Assembly: GCA_043721535.1 (NCBI GenBank) | Contig: JAYSQO010000001.1 | Coordinates: 19,626 to 83,625, forward strand | Direction: 5' to 3' | Length of the DNA: 64,000 nucleotides | From: Bdellovibrio sp. | GTDB lineage: Bacteria; Bdellovibrionota; Bdellovibrionia; Bdellovibrionales; Bdellovibrionaceae | In this document: positions 30,736 to 39,111 of the stretch, one piece after another | Layout: each line of letters opens with the position of its first letter | How positions within the stretch are numbered: position 1 is the stretch's first letter | Position numbers and translations under genes: made by a program | Notes under the pieces: generated by a model | The model's database searches: none | Seen by the model: only the letters and a program-made list of their open reading frames with translations | Told to the model about the DNA's origin: nothing

Positions 30736-31463
30736 GTCAGCGTTCTTACTTAGGCCAATTGCTTGACGAAGCTCGCGAAGCCTTCATCGATGGTCATTAT
30801 CAAGAGGCAGAACCGTTATTAAATCAGCCGACATTATTGAATTCAAATAATCCTGAAGTTTACCAAATGCTAGCGACTATTTACTACAATCGCGGCCAAT
30901 TTAACAAAGCCATTAAAACTTTTAAGAAAGCTTTAGAAATTGACCCACAATACAGTGATGCGGCTGTTGGGTTATCAATCATTTTAAATGATCTAGGTAA
31001 ATACGACGAAGCGAAAAAAGTTTTTCAGCAGGCCCAAACAATTGTGGACGAGAAAAAACAAAATCAATTCGGTTTACAGCTTGAAGAACGAATTGCGACG
31101 AAACACATTGAAATTGCAGACATGTATTTACAAATGAAGCGCCAAGATCAGGCCTTAGAGCAGTACATGAAAGCTTTCCAGCTTTCGGCTAAAAAAGGTG
31201 AAATTTCTTTGCTCATCGCCCAGTGCTATGTGCAGCAAGGCCAAACAAATAAAGCCATCAAAGAGTTAAAAACAGTGATTCAAATGGATTCGAAGCTGAT
31301 TTCACCGCGTCTAAAACTAGGCCTAATTCTGTATAACTCACATCTTGTTGCCGAAGCCGTGGAACAGTGGGAATATGTCTTACGATTAGATTCTAAAAAC
31401 GTTGAAGCCCACCGATATTTGAAGATGGCGCAAACAACTGGGATCACAAACATAGATTTATAA
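30732..31463 (+). CDS. TPR repeat protein
   Basis: Multiple TPR consensus repeats (AIKTFKKALEIDPQYSDA); ATGA overlap with bamD. Confidence 0.88.
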   Translation: MSQRSYLGQLLDEAREAFIDGHYQEAEPLLNQPTLLNSNNPEVYQMLATIYYNRGQFNKAIKTFKKALEIDPQYSDAAVGLSIILNDLGKYDEAKKVFQQAQTIVDEKKQNQFGLQLEERIATKHIEIADMYLQMKRQDQALEQYMKAFQLSAKKGEISLLIAQCYVQQGQTNKAIKELKTVIQMDSKLISPRLKLGLILYNSHLVAEAVEQWEYVLRLDSKNVEAHRYLKMAQTTGITNIDL

Positions 31464-31474
31464 GTATTTGATAT

Positions 31475-32005
31475 ATGGGGATTTTAATGAAACAGATTCG
31501 CGATGAAATGACTATTTTTCTAAAAAAAGAAGAAATCGATAAATTAATCCAAAAAGTAGCTACTCAAATTGAAAATGATTACGAAGGTCGTGAAATTATC
31601 TTCATTTGTCCGCTTCGTGGATCTATCCATTTCGCCGCAGATTTAATGCGCAAGATTTCATTACATCAACAAATTGATTTTGTTTACGTTCAATCGACTG
31701 AAAAAGGCGGAGCTATCCGCATGACAAAAGATATTTCTGTGAATATCACCGGTAAAGATGTGATCATCGTTGAAGAAGTCATCGATACAGCACGCACTTT
31801 AAGTTTCCTCAAAGACCGCTTATTAGCCTCTAAACCAGCTTCATTAAAAATTGTCACATTACTTGATAAACCAGCTCGTCGTGAATTACCGATTCGCGCA
31901 GACTACATCGGTAAAACAATTGATGACCGCTATGTGGTTGGATACGGCATGGACACTGAAGAAAAAGGCCGTAACTATTCTGAAATTTACGTCCTTAAAA
32001 ATTAA
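31475..32005 (+). CDS. hpt: Hypoxanthine phosphoribosyltransferase
   Basis: LRGSIHFAADL, VIIVEEVIDTARTL (PRPP loop), LLDKPARR, YVVGYGMD. Confidence 0.9.
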   Translation: MGILMKQIRDEMTIFLKKEEIDKLIQKVATQIENDYEGREIIFICPLRGSIHFAADLMRKISLHQQIDFVYVQSTEKGGAIRMTKDISVNITGKDVIIVEEVIDTARTLSFLKDRLLASKPASLKIVTLLDKPARRELPIRADYIGKTIDDRYVVGYGMDTEEKGRNYSEIYVLKN

Positions 32006-32120
32006 CATCACAGTGTTAATTTAAGCCTAAAATGAGTTCTTTTTTCTATTATTAATACTGTAGTGTTAATAATTCATGGAATATCTTGAAAAGACCGATA
32101 ATTAACACTACAATGTTAAT
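32001..32120 (+). promoter_or_regulatory. hipBA-1 promoter with three 20-bp palindromic operators
   Basis: ATTAACATCACAGTGTTAAT (32001), ATTAATACTGTAGTGTTAAT (32051) and ATTAACACTACAATGTTAAT (32101). Sigma70 TTGAAA(32086-91)-17-TACAAT(32109-14) falls inside operator 3. Confidence 0.85.
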
Positions 32121-32131
32121 GAGGGTTTTTT

Positions 32132-32359
32132 ATGGATGGTCAGTATTTAAATTTAGTTGATCAGCAGCAAATAGGAAAAACGATCAAAGATCGTCGAAAA
32201 GTCATGAAAATGACTCAGCAAGAATTAGCAAAATACTGCGATCTTTCTCATACTGGAATCGGAAAAATTGAAATGGGTAAAGCTGATGTAAAAATAACTA
32301 CATTGCTTAAACTATGCAAAATTCTAGGTTTGGAACTAACCATTCAATTTAAGGATTAG
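32132..32359 (+). CDS. HipB-like XRE antitoxin, module 1
   Basis: Cro/C1 HTH (MTQQELAKYCDLSHTGIGKIEMG) directly upstream of a HipA gene. Confidence 0.88.
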   Translation: MDGQYLNLVDQQQIGKTIKDRRKVMKMTQQELAKYCDLSHTGIGKIEMGKADVKITTLLKLCKILGLELTIQFKD

Positions 32360-32364
32360 TTTGA

Positions 32365-33612
32365 ATGAACAAGCTTTATGTCTATTACGAAGATCACGTG
32401 GTTGGTTCAATTCAAAGAAATGAAAATTTAGAGTTCTCATTTCAGTATGATCATCTGTGGATCAAAAACCCAAACAATTTTCCTATTAGTCTTTCGATTC
32501 CTGTAAATACAAACATTTATGGACATCGTTTAACTTTATCTTATTTCGAAAATTTACTACCAGAAGGTTTTATTCGTGATTTGATTGAAAAAGATCAAAA
32601 TATCAAAGGTGAATATGATTTTTTAATTCGTTTTGGCCGAGACATTGCCGGAGCTCTTCAAATTTTACCTGAAGACAAAATAAAACTTAATCTTGAAAAA
32701 AAATCATTAAAACAAATTGATTTAGATAGAGTTTATCAAGCCATAGAAGAAAAGAAATCAATGGCTGAATTTATGAATGAGACTCAAACCGGCTATTTAT
32801 CTTTAGCAGGTGCACAAGATAAATTTCCTTTTATTTTAAGAAACAATCGATTTTATATCCCCGAAGACGGGTCTCCGACAACTCATATCGCTAAAGTTCC
32901 CATTTCAAGAAGTGGGATAAAAGATTCTGTTTATAACGAAATTTTTTGCATGAATCTAGCTAAGACAATTGGATTAAATGTTCCTGAATGTCTTGTTCAC
33001 CAAGGAAAGTTTCCTATCTATGTCATTGAAAGATATGATCGATTCGAAAAGAAAAGATTGCATCAGCAGGATTTTTGTCAGGCGTTAGGATTCACCAGTG
33101 AATTTAAATATGAAGATCATTCGGGGCCGAACTTGAAAATGATTTATGATCTTATCGTTAATCACACATCAGCTGTGAAAAAAAACCAGGCGCTTAAGAA
33201 TTTTTTGAAGTGGGTGGCTTTTAATCTAATAATTGGCAATAACGATTGTCATGCTAAAAATATATCTTTTTTAATGATAAATAATAAACTAGAACTTGCT
33301 CCGTTTTATGATTTACTTTCTACAACTGTTTACCCAAAGCTTAAAAAAACCTTTTGTTACAAAATTGGCGATACGCATGATTTCTCTAGAATGGGCAGAA
33401 AACAATTCTTACAATTCGAAAATCAACTAGGATTAAAACAAAATTCATTTTTAGATGTCTTACAAGAAACATATGAACTGACAAATAAAAATCAATCTAT
33501 GGTTGCCAGTGCTATTCACGAAAAATATGGCCCTATCACTATAACTAAGAAGATAAATGATCTTATTAAAGATCGCTCTAAAAACTTAAAACTTAAAAAG
33601 ATTATATACTAA
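32365..33612 (+). CDS. hipA: HipA-family serine/threonine kinase toxin, module 1
   Basis: Couple_hipA N-terminus (SYFENLLPEG), SLAGAQDK, ERYDR, HQQDFCQALG, DCHAKNISF, PFYDL. Confidence 0.93.
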   Translation: MNKLYVYYEDHVVGSIQRNENLEFSFQYDHLWIKNPNNFPISLSIPVNTNIYGHRLTLSYFENLLPEGFIRDLIEKDQNIKGEYDFLIRFGRDIAGALQILPEDKIKLNLEKKSLKQIDLDRVYQAIEEKKSMAEFMNETQTGYLSLAGAQDKFPFILRNNRFYIPEDGSPTTHIAKVPISRSGIKDSVYNEIFCMNLAKTIGLNVPECLVHQGKFPIYVIERYDRFEKKRLHQQDFCQALGFTSEFKYEDHSGPNLKMIYDLIVNHTSAVKKNQALKNFLKWVAFNLIIGNNDCHAKNISFLMINNKLELAPFYDLLSTTVYPKLKKTFCYKIGDTHDFSRMGRKQFLQFENQLGLKQNSFLDVLQETYELTNKNQSMVASAIHEKYGPITITKKINDLIKDRSKNLKLKKIIY

Positions 33613-33784
33613 ACAAAGACCGCATTCACAATAAATAAAGTTAAAACACAAACGACATATAATATAACGTATTGTTTAGGAATCATGCTTGATCCTCCCG
33701 ATGCTGAAAGTGATAAATCACTTCTTAAGTTGTTCTTCCCTGTAACAGAATAATATGACTAACGGCTTAGCGTCAAATGCTGGT

Positions 33785-34306
33785 CTAGGTTGATGCCTCT
33801 AAAAGTTTTTTGAGTAAACGAGTCAATTGCGGATTTGATGACGTTTTTTGTTTTTCATTAACTATGTCAATAATTACTTTCTGATTAAATTTCACCTTTT
33901 GATTTAAGTGCCAATCTAGAAATAAATTGCAATCTTCTATGTCTGATTCAGACATCCTTGAAAGCTTCAAATTATAATATAATTCAATATCTGGGCGGTA
34001 AAGCTGACCTTTTTTTCCTTTTTTCATTAACACGATTGAGGATTTCCAATTAGGAATTTGTCGGACAAAAAAATCAGCTGCGGGGTTTATAGCTTCGATC
34101 GGTAATTTTAACTGATCAGCTATATCCATCAAATGAAGTCTTTTTTCATTGGTCATTTCACCTATGGGACAAATATCAATATCGCTTGTTACACGGTATT
34201 CTGAATTAATCATGGCAAGTAGTGATCCACCGATGACTAACCAATCACCTTCTAGTTCATCAACGACCCGACCAATAAAATTTTGATATTGTTCACTTGT
34301 TATCAC
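33785..34306 (-). CDS. Nucleotidyltransferase-fold protein (DUF6036-like)
   Basis: LVIGGS…TSDIDI (GG + DxD) and LKLSRMSESDIEDC. Confidence 0.7.
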   Translation of the reverse strand: MITSEQYQNFIGRVVDELEGDWLVIGGSLLAMINSEYRVTSDIDICPIGEMTNEKRLHLMDIADQLKLPIEAINPAADFFVRQIPNWKSSIVLMKKGKKGQLYRPDIELYYNLKLSRMSESDIEDCNLFLDWHLNQKVKFNQKVIIDIVNEKQKTSSNPQLTRLLKKLLEAST

Positions 34307-34644
34307 TATGCAACTTTCGATAATTGAGAAAGAACTATGCGACGTAGTTTAATAATTTTACCCGATGATTTTTGAATATCAGAATTAAGTCTTTCAATGC
34401 ATTCTTGATCTAAATAAACTAAATAGCTTGGATAGTGATCGCGGTAAGCCATATAGACAGATAAACAGGCCTCGCGAATGCGTGAATCCATATCGTTAAA
34501 ATAGATATCAACGACTTGAATTAAGAATTCTTGCGCCGTAAAACAATGACTAAACTTATATTTTTCATTGAAATCGACTATGGGGAAAATTTGCTTAAAA
34601 TCCATATCTATAAGACTAACTGTTTCTGTGTCGAATATAAACAC
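34306..34644 (-). CDS. Small hypothetical protein coupled to the nucleotidyltransferase (start may be ATG 34605)
   Basis: Its stop overlaps the downstream start by 1 nt; helical composition. Confidence 0.7.
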   Translation of the reverse strand: MFIFDTETVSLIDMDFKQIFPIVDFNEKYKFSHCFTAQEFLIQVVDIYFNDMDSRIREACLSVYMAYRDHYPSYLVYLDQECIERLNSDIQKSSGKIIKLRRIVLSQLSKVA

Positions 34645-34688
34645 CCAGACCAGACCTAAGCCTACGATAAAACAAATTTAAATTCACA

Positions 34689-34746
34689 GTCTCATAATGA
34701 AACGTCAAACTAGTAGATGAGTAACAAATTTTGGCTTCTGTATTGC
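34689..34746 (+). promoter_or_regulatory. Sigma54-type promoter with an upstream dyad
   Basis: TGGCTTCTGTATTGC has GG (34733-34) and GC (34745-46) at canonical -24/-12 spacing; dyad GTCTCATAATGAAAC at 34689-34703. Confidence 0.6.
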
Positions 34747-34776
34747 TGAATAAACCTTATAAAGGGAGAAATTCAA

Positions 34777-36357
34777 ATGAAATCATTTTCACCTATAAAA
34801 TCTTTTACACCTGTCATGTTTTTCTTGGTCATGTGTCTCACAATGATAAGTTGGGGAGCTGATAGCGATACAAAAAATTCAGACACCAAAGATAAAATTG
34901 ATGGTTGTTCTCAGTTATACAAAAATGACTCTAAAGAATATAAAGACTGCGTAGAGTGCATCATTAATCCTGGCGCAGGCACATGTGGTGCAGCTTCGGA
35001 TATCAAATCAGAATGTAGATCTGCATTTGATAAATATTTTGATAGTTATGATGATGTGAATAATGCGTGTAGTGCTTTAACCAACGTTAATACAAAAAAG
35101 AAAAGTAAAACTTTTGATCCTAAGAATGAATGTTCAAAAAAAATTAGAGAATGTCATGCTCAGGTTGAAAGAGCTTCATCGGCTAACGCAGAAAACCCAG
35201 CTGAACAATCTGGCGCAATGACTGATATATTAAGTGAAGTATTAAGCAAAATTGGTGATAAAACAGAAGGAGATAGCAGTTCATCATCTGGTAGTTGTAT
35301 GTTGGACTATGATAACAAAAAACTTGAAGATGCAGAAAAAGAATACAAAACTGCTAAAAAAGATCTGCAAAAAGAAATTAATGATTTAAATAAAGATATC
35401 ATCACCGAGAAAAAAGACATGGATAAAACTCATGCTGATATTGATAAAAAAGTAAATGAATTTAATAAAGATCATGAAAAAGAAATGCGGACTCTTGATA
35501 AAGAGATGCGCGAACGTTTAAAGGCGAATTCTGATTCACTAGTTGAATCTGGTAAAAAAGTTCGTGAATTAAGTAAAAAAATGTTAGCTACTCAAAAAGC
35601 TTTAAAACAAATCAGTTTTGAGTTTGAAAAAAGCAAACAAGATACGACTGAGCAAAAGATTGCTTTGAAGTGTAATCAAGCTATTGGTATTGCCAAAAAA
35701 TGTATGATGGATAGCTACAAAAAATCTGCGTCTAGCACTGATGAACAATGTAAGAATTTTCCAAAAATTATGGGCCGTGGAACAAAGGCCACTGCAGAAT
35801 TTAAAGCGTATTTACAAAATATTTCTGATGCTTGTTATGAAGAATTAAACACAGCAAAAGATCGCGCTAGTTTTAAAAATCAACAGGCTACAGAAAATGC
35901 TAATGAAGAAATGACTGAGCTGCAGGCGCAATTAAAAGACGAACAGAGTGTTCAGCAAAACGCGCAAAACGATTTACAAAAGATCGCTCAAGAATCTGAG
36001 CGTGAAAAAAATGAATTAGCTAATGCACTAGCCAAAGAACTAGAAACTTTAGCTCTGGAAAAAATTAAAGCGACTGAATCAGCTACTCAAACTGTCAATG
36101 AGCTAAACGCTAGAATTGTAAAATTAAAACAAGATTTGCAAGAACTTGAAATTCAGAAGAAAACAGGCTTGAAATCCGCCACAAAAGTAGCTGAGAGCGC
36201 TCTTGGAAAATCGAGAGGTCTCTACAAGCGGGCGCTTAGCGCCTGCGAATGTGCGGGTAAGGCATCACCTAATGCTACTAAAAAAATGTGTTCTACTTTA
36301 GAGGAAGATTTTAACCCCGAACAAATAGCTGAGAAAAAAGCAAAAACTGGACAATAG
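34777..36357 (+). CDS. Secreted coiled-coil hypothetical protein with Cys-rich ends
   Basis: SD AGGGAG, signal peptide, a Cys-rich N-terminal ~180 aa and long K/E/Q/L heptad-rich stretches. Confidence 0.85.
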   Translation: MKSFSPIKSFTPVMFFLVMCLTMISWGADSDTKNSDTKDKIDGCSQLYKNDSKEYKDCVECIINPGAGTCGAASDIKSECRSAFDKYFDSYDDVNNACSALTNVNTKKKSKTFDPKNECSKKIRECHAQVERASSANAENPAEQSGAMTDILSEVLSKIGDKTEGDSSSSSGSCMLDYDNKKLEDAEKEYKTAKKDLQKEINDLNKDIITEKKDMDKTHADIDKKVNEFNKDHEKEMRTLDKEMRERLKANSDSLVESGKKVRELSKKMLATQKALKQISFEFEKSKQDTTEQKIALKCNQAIGIAKKCMMDSYKKSASSTDEQCKNFPKIMGRGTKATAEFKAYLQNISDACYEELNTAKDRASFKNQQATENANEEMTELQAQLKDEQSVQQNAQNDLQKIAQESEREKNELANALAKELETLALEKIKATESATQTVNELNARIVKLKQDLQELEIQKKTGLKSATKVAESALGKSRGLYKRALSACECAGKASPNATKKMCSTLEEDFNPEQIAEKKAKTGQ

Positions 36358-36382
36358 CTTTTATCACACTCATCTGATTTTC

Positions 36383-36416
36383 AAAAAAAAGCCATTCACC
36401 CCGAATGGCTTTTTTT
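36383..36416. terminator. Rho-independent terminator (symmetric A/T tails)
   Basis: AAAAAAAAGCCATTC-ACCCC-GAATGGCTTTTTTT. Confidence 0.9.
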
Positions 36417-36453
36417 ATTACCCAGATGAGCCCTTTTTTGCTAAGATTATTGC

Positions 36454-39111
36454 ATGTTAAAAAAACTATTGATCGCCTTTTTTGCGTTATTTATTTTGGG
36501 AACTTCTGGTGCATATATTGCGTACTTGTCCGTTAAAAAATCTTTGCCAGAAATTATTAAAATCGAAGATTACCAACCCCTGATGGTTTCTCAAGTTTTT
36601 GATCGTAACGGAAAAAAAATTGGTGAATTCTACCGCGAACGTCGCGTGGTGATTCCGTATAAAGAAATGCCTGAACATGTGATCAAATCTTTTTTAGCTG
36701 CCGAAGATGATCAGTTTTTTCAACATAGCGGGATTAACTTGCAGGCTCTGTTTAGGGCTTTCATTGCGAATATGCGCGCTGGAAGAAACGTACAGGGTGG
36801 ATCAACGATTACTCAGCAGGTGGCTAAAACTTTATTTTTAACGAGCGAACGCACGATGACCCGTAAAATTAAAGATATTTTGCTGGCTTTGCAAATCGAG
36901 AAAAATTTAACTAAAGAAGATATTTTATATCTTTATCTGAATCAGATTTATTTTGGCCAAAGTGCTTACGGTATTGAAATGGCTGCGCAAACTTATTTTC
37001 GTAAGCCTGCAAAAAAATTAACAATCCCCGAAGCCGCTATGCTTGCGGGTTTACCAAAAGCACCGTCTGATTATTCTCCTGTAAGAAACCCCATTCGTGC
37101 CAAAGAGCGCCAAACCTATGTAATCAATCGTCTCGCTGATATTAATTATATTACTTCAAAACAAGCTGATGAATTTATTAAAGAACCCATTAAAGTGTAT
37201 CTAAAAGAAGAATACGAATCTAAGGCGCCGTTTTATTTAGAAACAATTCGTCAGTTATTAGTTGATCAGTTGGGTGAAGATTTAATTTTGAATCAAGGTG
37301 CAAAAATTGTGACAGGCCTTGATATTGATAAACAAGTTGCTGCCAATGAATCGATGGTTTTAGGGTTGAAAGAACTTGATAAACGTCAAGGCTATCGCGG
37401 TCCGATTAAAATTTTAGAATCAGATAGTGATTACGAAGAATTTTTAGATAAATCTAAAAAAACAATTATCAGCGAATCAAACCCCGAAAGAACGATTCTT
37501 CCTGACGGAACATTTGAAGAAGTTGATATCGTTAACAAAGGTAAATTGATTTCCAAAAAAATAACTGGTGCAGCTAAAGCCATGCCAGATTATTTAGTTT
37601 TGGGTAAATCCTATGAAGCCATTGTAAATTCAGTTAATGATCAACTAGGTTATGTTGAAGTTTTACTTCCGGATAGTCGTGGGTTAATTGATTTTGAAGC
37701 AATGATGTGGGCCCGCAAAGTTAATATGGATGTTAAACCTGATCTTGATCAGATTAAAAAACCATCGCAAGCGTTAAAAAAAGGTGATGTAGTTTTAGTG
37801 AAAATTACATCGGATAAATATGTTGAAAAAGTTGATGTAGTTGTTAAAAACAAAAAAGTAAAAGTTAAAAAGGTGTTTCCATTAGATATTACAAAATATA
37901 TCACTGTCGAACTTGATCAAGAACCCATCGTTGAAGGTTCATTACTTTCTGTTGATCAACAAAGCCAAGATGTTCTAGCCATGGTTGGTGGTTATAGCTT
38001 TACACGAAATGAATATAATCGTGCACTACAAGCTGCCCGACAAACTGGATCTTCATTTAAAGCTTTGATTTACGCAGCCGCTTTAGAAAAAGGTTATAAT
38101 CCTTCAACTAAAATTATTGATGCACCATTAGTTTACAAACAGGCCGAAGTCGAAGGCGCCGAAGGCCAAGGCGATGAAAAAATTTGGAAACCAGCAAATC
38201 ACGGTCGTGAATTTAGTGGTGAAATTACTATGCGTAATGCTTTGGTTAGATCATTAAATATCCCTTCGGTCAAAATTGTTGAAGATATCGGTGTTAATTT
38301 TTCGATAGAATTTGCTCAGAGATTGGGAATTTTTTCAAAATTAAATCCTGATTATACTTTAGTTTTAGGATCAAGTTCTGTAACTTTATATGAAATGACA
38401 AAAGTTTTTTCTCAGTTCGGTCGCTTAGGAAAAAGAGTTCGTCCTATGATTGTCAAAAAAGTGATTGATCGTAATGGCAAGGTTCTTTTAGAAAATTTAT
38501 CTCTTGATACTAAGTTTTTAAAAGAAACTGAACCTATTGATGAAAAATTTTCTGAAATGAAAAAGCACTATGATATTTTAGATCAAAATTCAGAAAATAA
38601 TGATTCACCATTTTTCTTTAATAACCCCGAACAATTAATTAGACCTGAAGTAGCTTACGTCATTACGGATATGTTACGTGGCACAGTGAATGATCCATTT
38701 GGTACAGGACAACGGGCCGCTGAATTAGCCAGAGAGGTTGCAGGTAAAACAGGAACAACAAACGGCTATGTTGATGCTTGGTTTATTGGCTACACAGCTC
38801 AAATTGCGACGGGTGTCTGGGTTGGTTTTGATAAAGAACAATCTATTGGTAAAGGCGAAGTTGGTGGCCGAGCCGCATTACCAATTTGGCTAAACTATAT
38901 GAAGTTTTCGCACGAAAATTTGCCAAAAGTCTCTTTTTCAGTTCCTGACGGAGTTAAAACAGTGAAAATAGATGCTGATAGTGGTAAGTTGGCAAACTCA
39001 GCGAGCCCTCGAGTGATTGAACAATCATTCATCGATGGCACTGAGCCCTCTGCAGCGGCAAGCCGCAGCGAGGAAACAACTGACTACTTGAAGCGAGACA
39101 TTGGTGAATGA
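36454..39111 (+). CDS. mrcA: Penicillin-binding protein 1A (class A PBP)
   Basis: GT51 motifs (EDDQFFQH, GGSTITQQVAK) and transpeptidase SxxK (SSFK), SxN (SLN), KTGT. Confidence 0.95.
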   Translation: MLKKLLIAFFALFILGTSGAYIAYLSVKKSLPEIIKIEDYQPLMVSQVFDRNGKKIGEFYRERRVVIPYKEMPEHVIKSFLAAEDDQFFQHSGINLQALFRAFIANMRAGRNVQGGSTITQQVAKTLFLTSERTMTRKIKDILLALQIEKNLTKEDILYLYLNQIYFGQSAYGIEMAAQTYFRKPAKKLTIPEAAMLAGLPKAPSDYSPVRNPIRAKERQTYVINRLADINYITSKQADEFIKEPIKVYLKEEYESKAPFYLETIRQLLVDQLGEDLILNQGAKIVTGLDIDKQVAANESMVLGLKELDKRQGYRGPIKILESDSDYEEFLDKSKKTIISESNPERTILPDGTFEEVDIVNKGKLISKKITGAAKAMPDYLVLGKSYEAIVNSVNDQLGYVEVLLPDSRGLIDFEAMMWARKVNMDVKPDLDQIKKPSQALKKGDVVLVKITSDKYVEKVDVVVKNKKVKVKKVFPLDITKYITVELDQEPIVEGSLLSVDQQSQDVLAMVGGYSFTRNEYNRALQAARQTGSSFKALIYAAALEKGYNPSTKIIDAPLVYKQAEVEGAEGQGDEKIWKPANHGREFSGEITMRNALVRSLNIPSVKIVEDIGVNFSIEFAQRLGIFSKLNPDYTLVLGSSSVTLYEMTKVFSQFGRLGKRVRPMIVKKVIDRNGKVLLENLSLDTKFLKETEPIDEKFSEMKKHYDILDQNSENNDSPFFFNNPEQLIRPEVAYVITDMLRGTVNDPFGTGQRAAELAREVAGKTGTTNGYVDAWFIGYTAQIATGVWVGFDKEQSIGKGEVGGRAALPIWLNYMKFSHENLPKVSFSVPDGVKTVKIDADSGKLANSASPRVIEQSFIDGTEPSAAASRSEETTDYLKRDIGE

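Noticed and set aside
32001-32120. Regularly spaced palindromic repeats (also 54921-54996 and 59082-59141) as mini-CRISPR arrays
   Set aside because: Only 2-3 units, repeats of 20-27 bp with spacers of 6-30 nt, overlap with promoters of HTH or AAA genes, and no cas genes. Operators explain them better.
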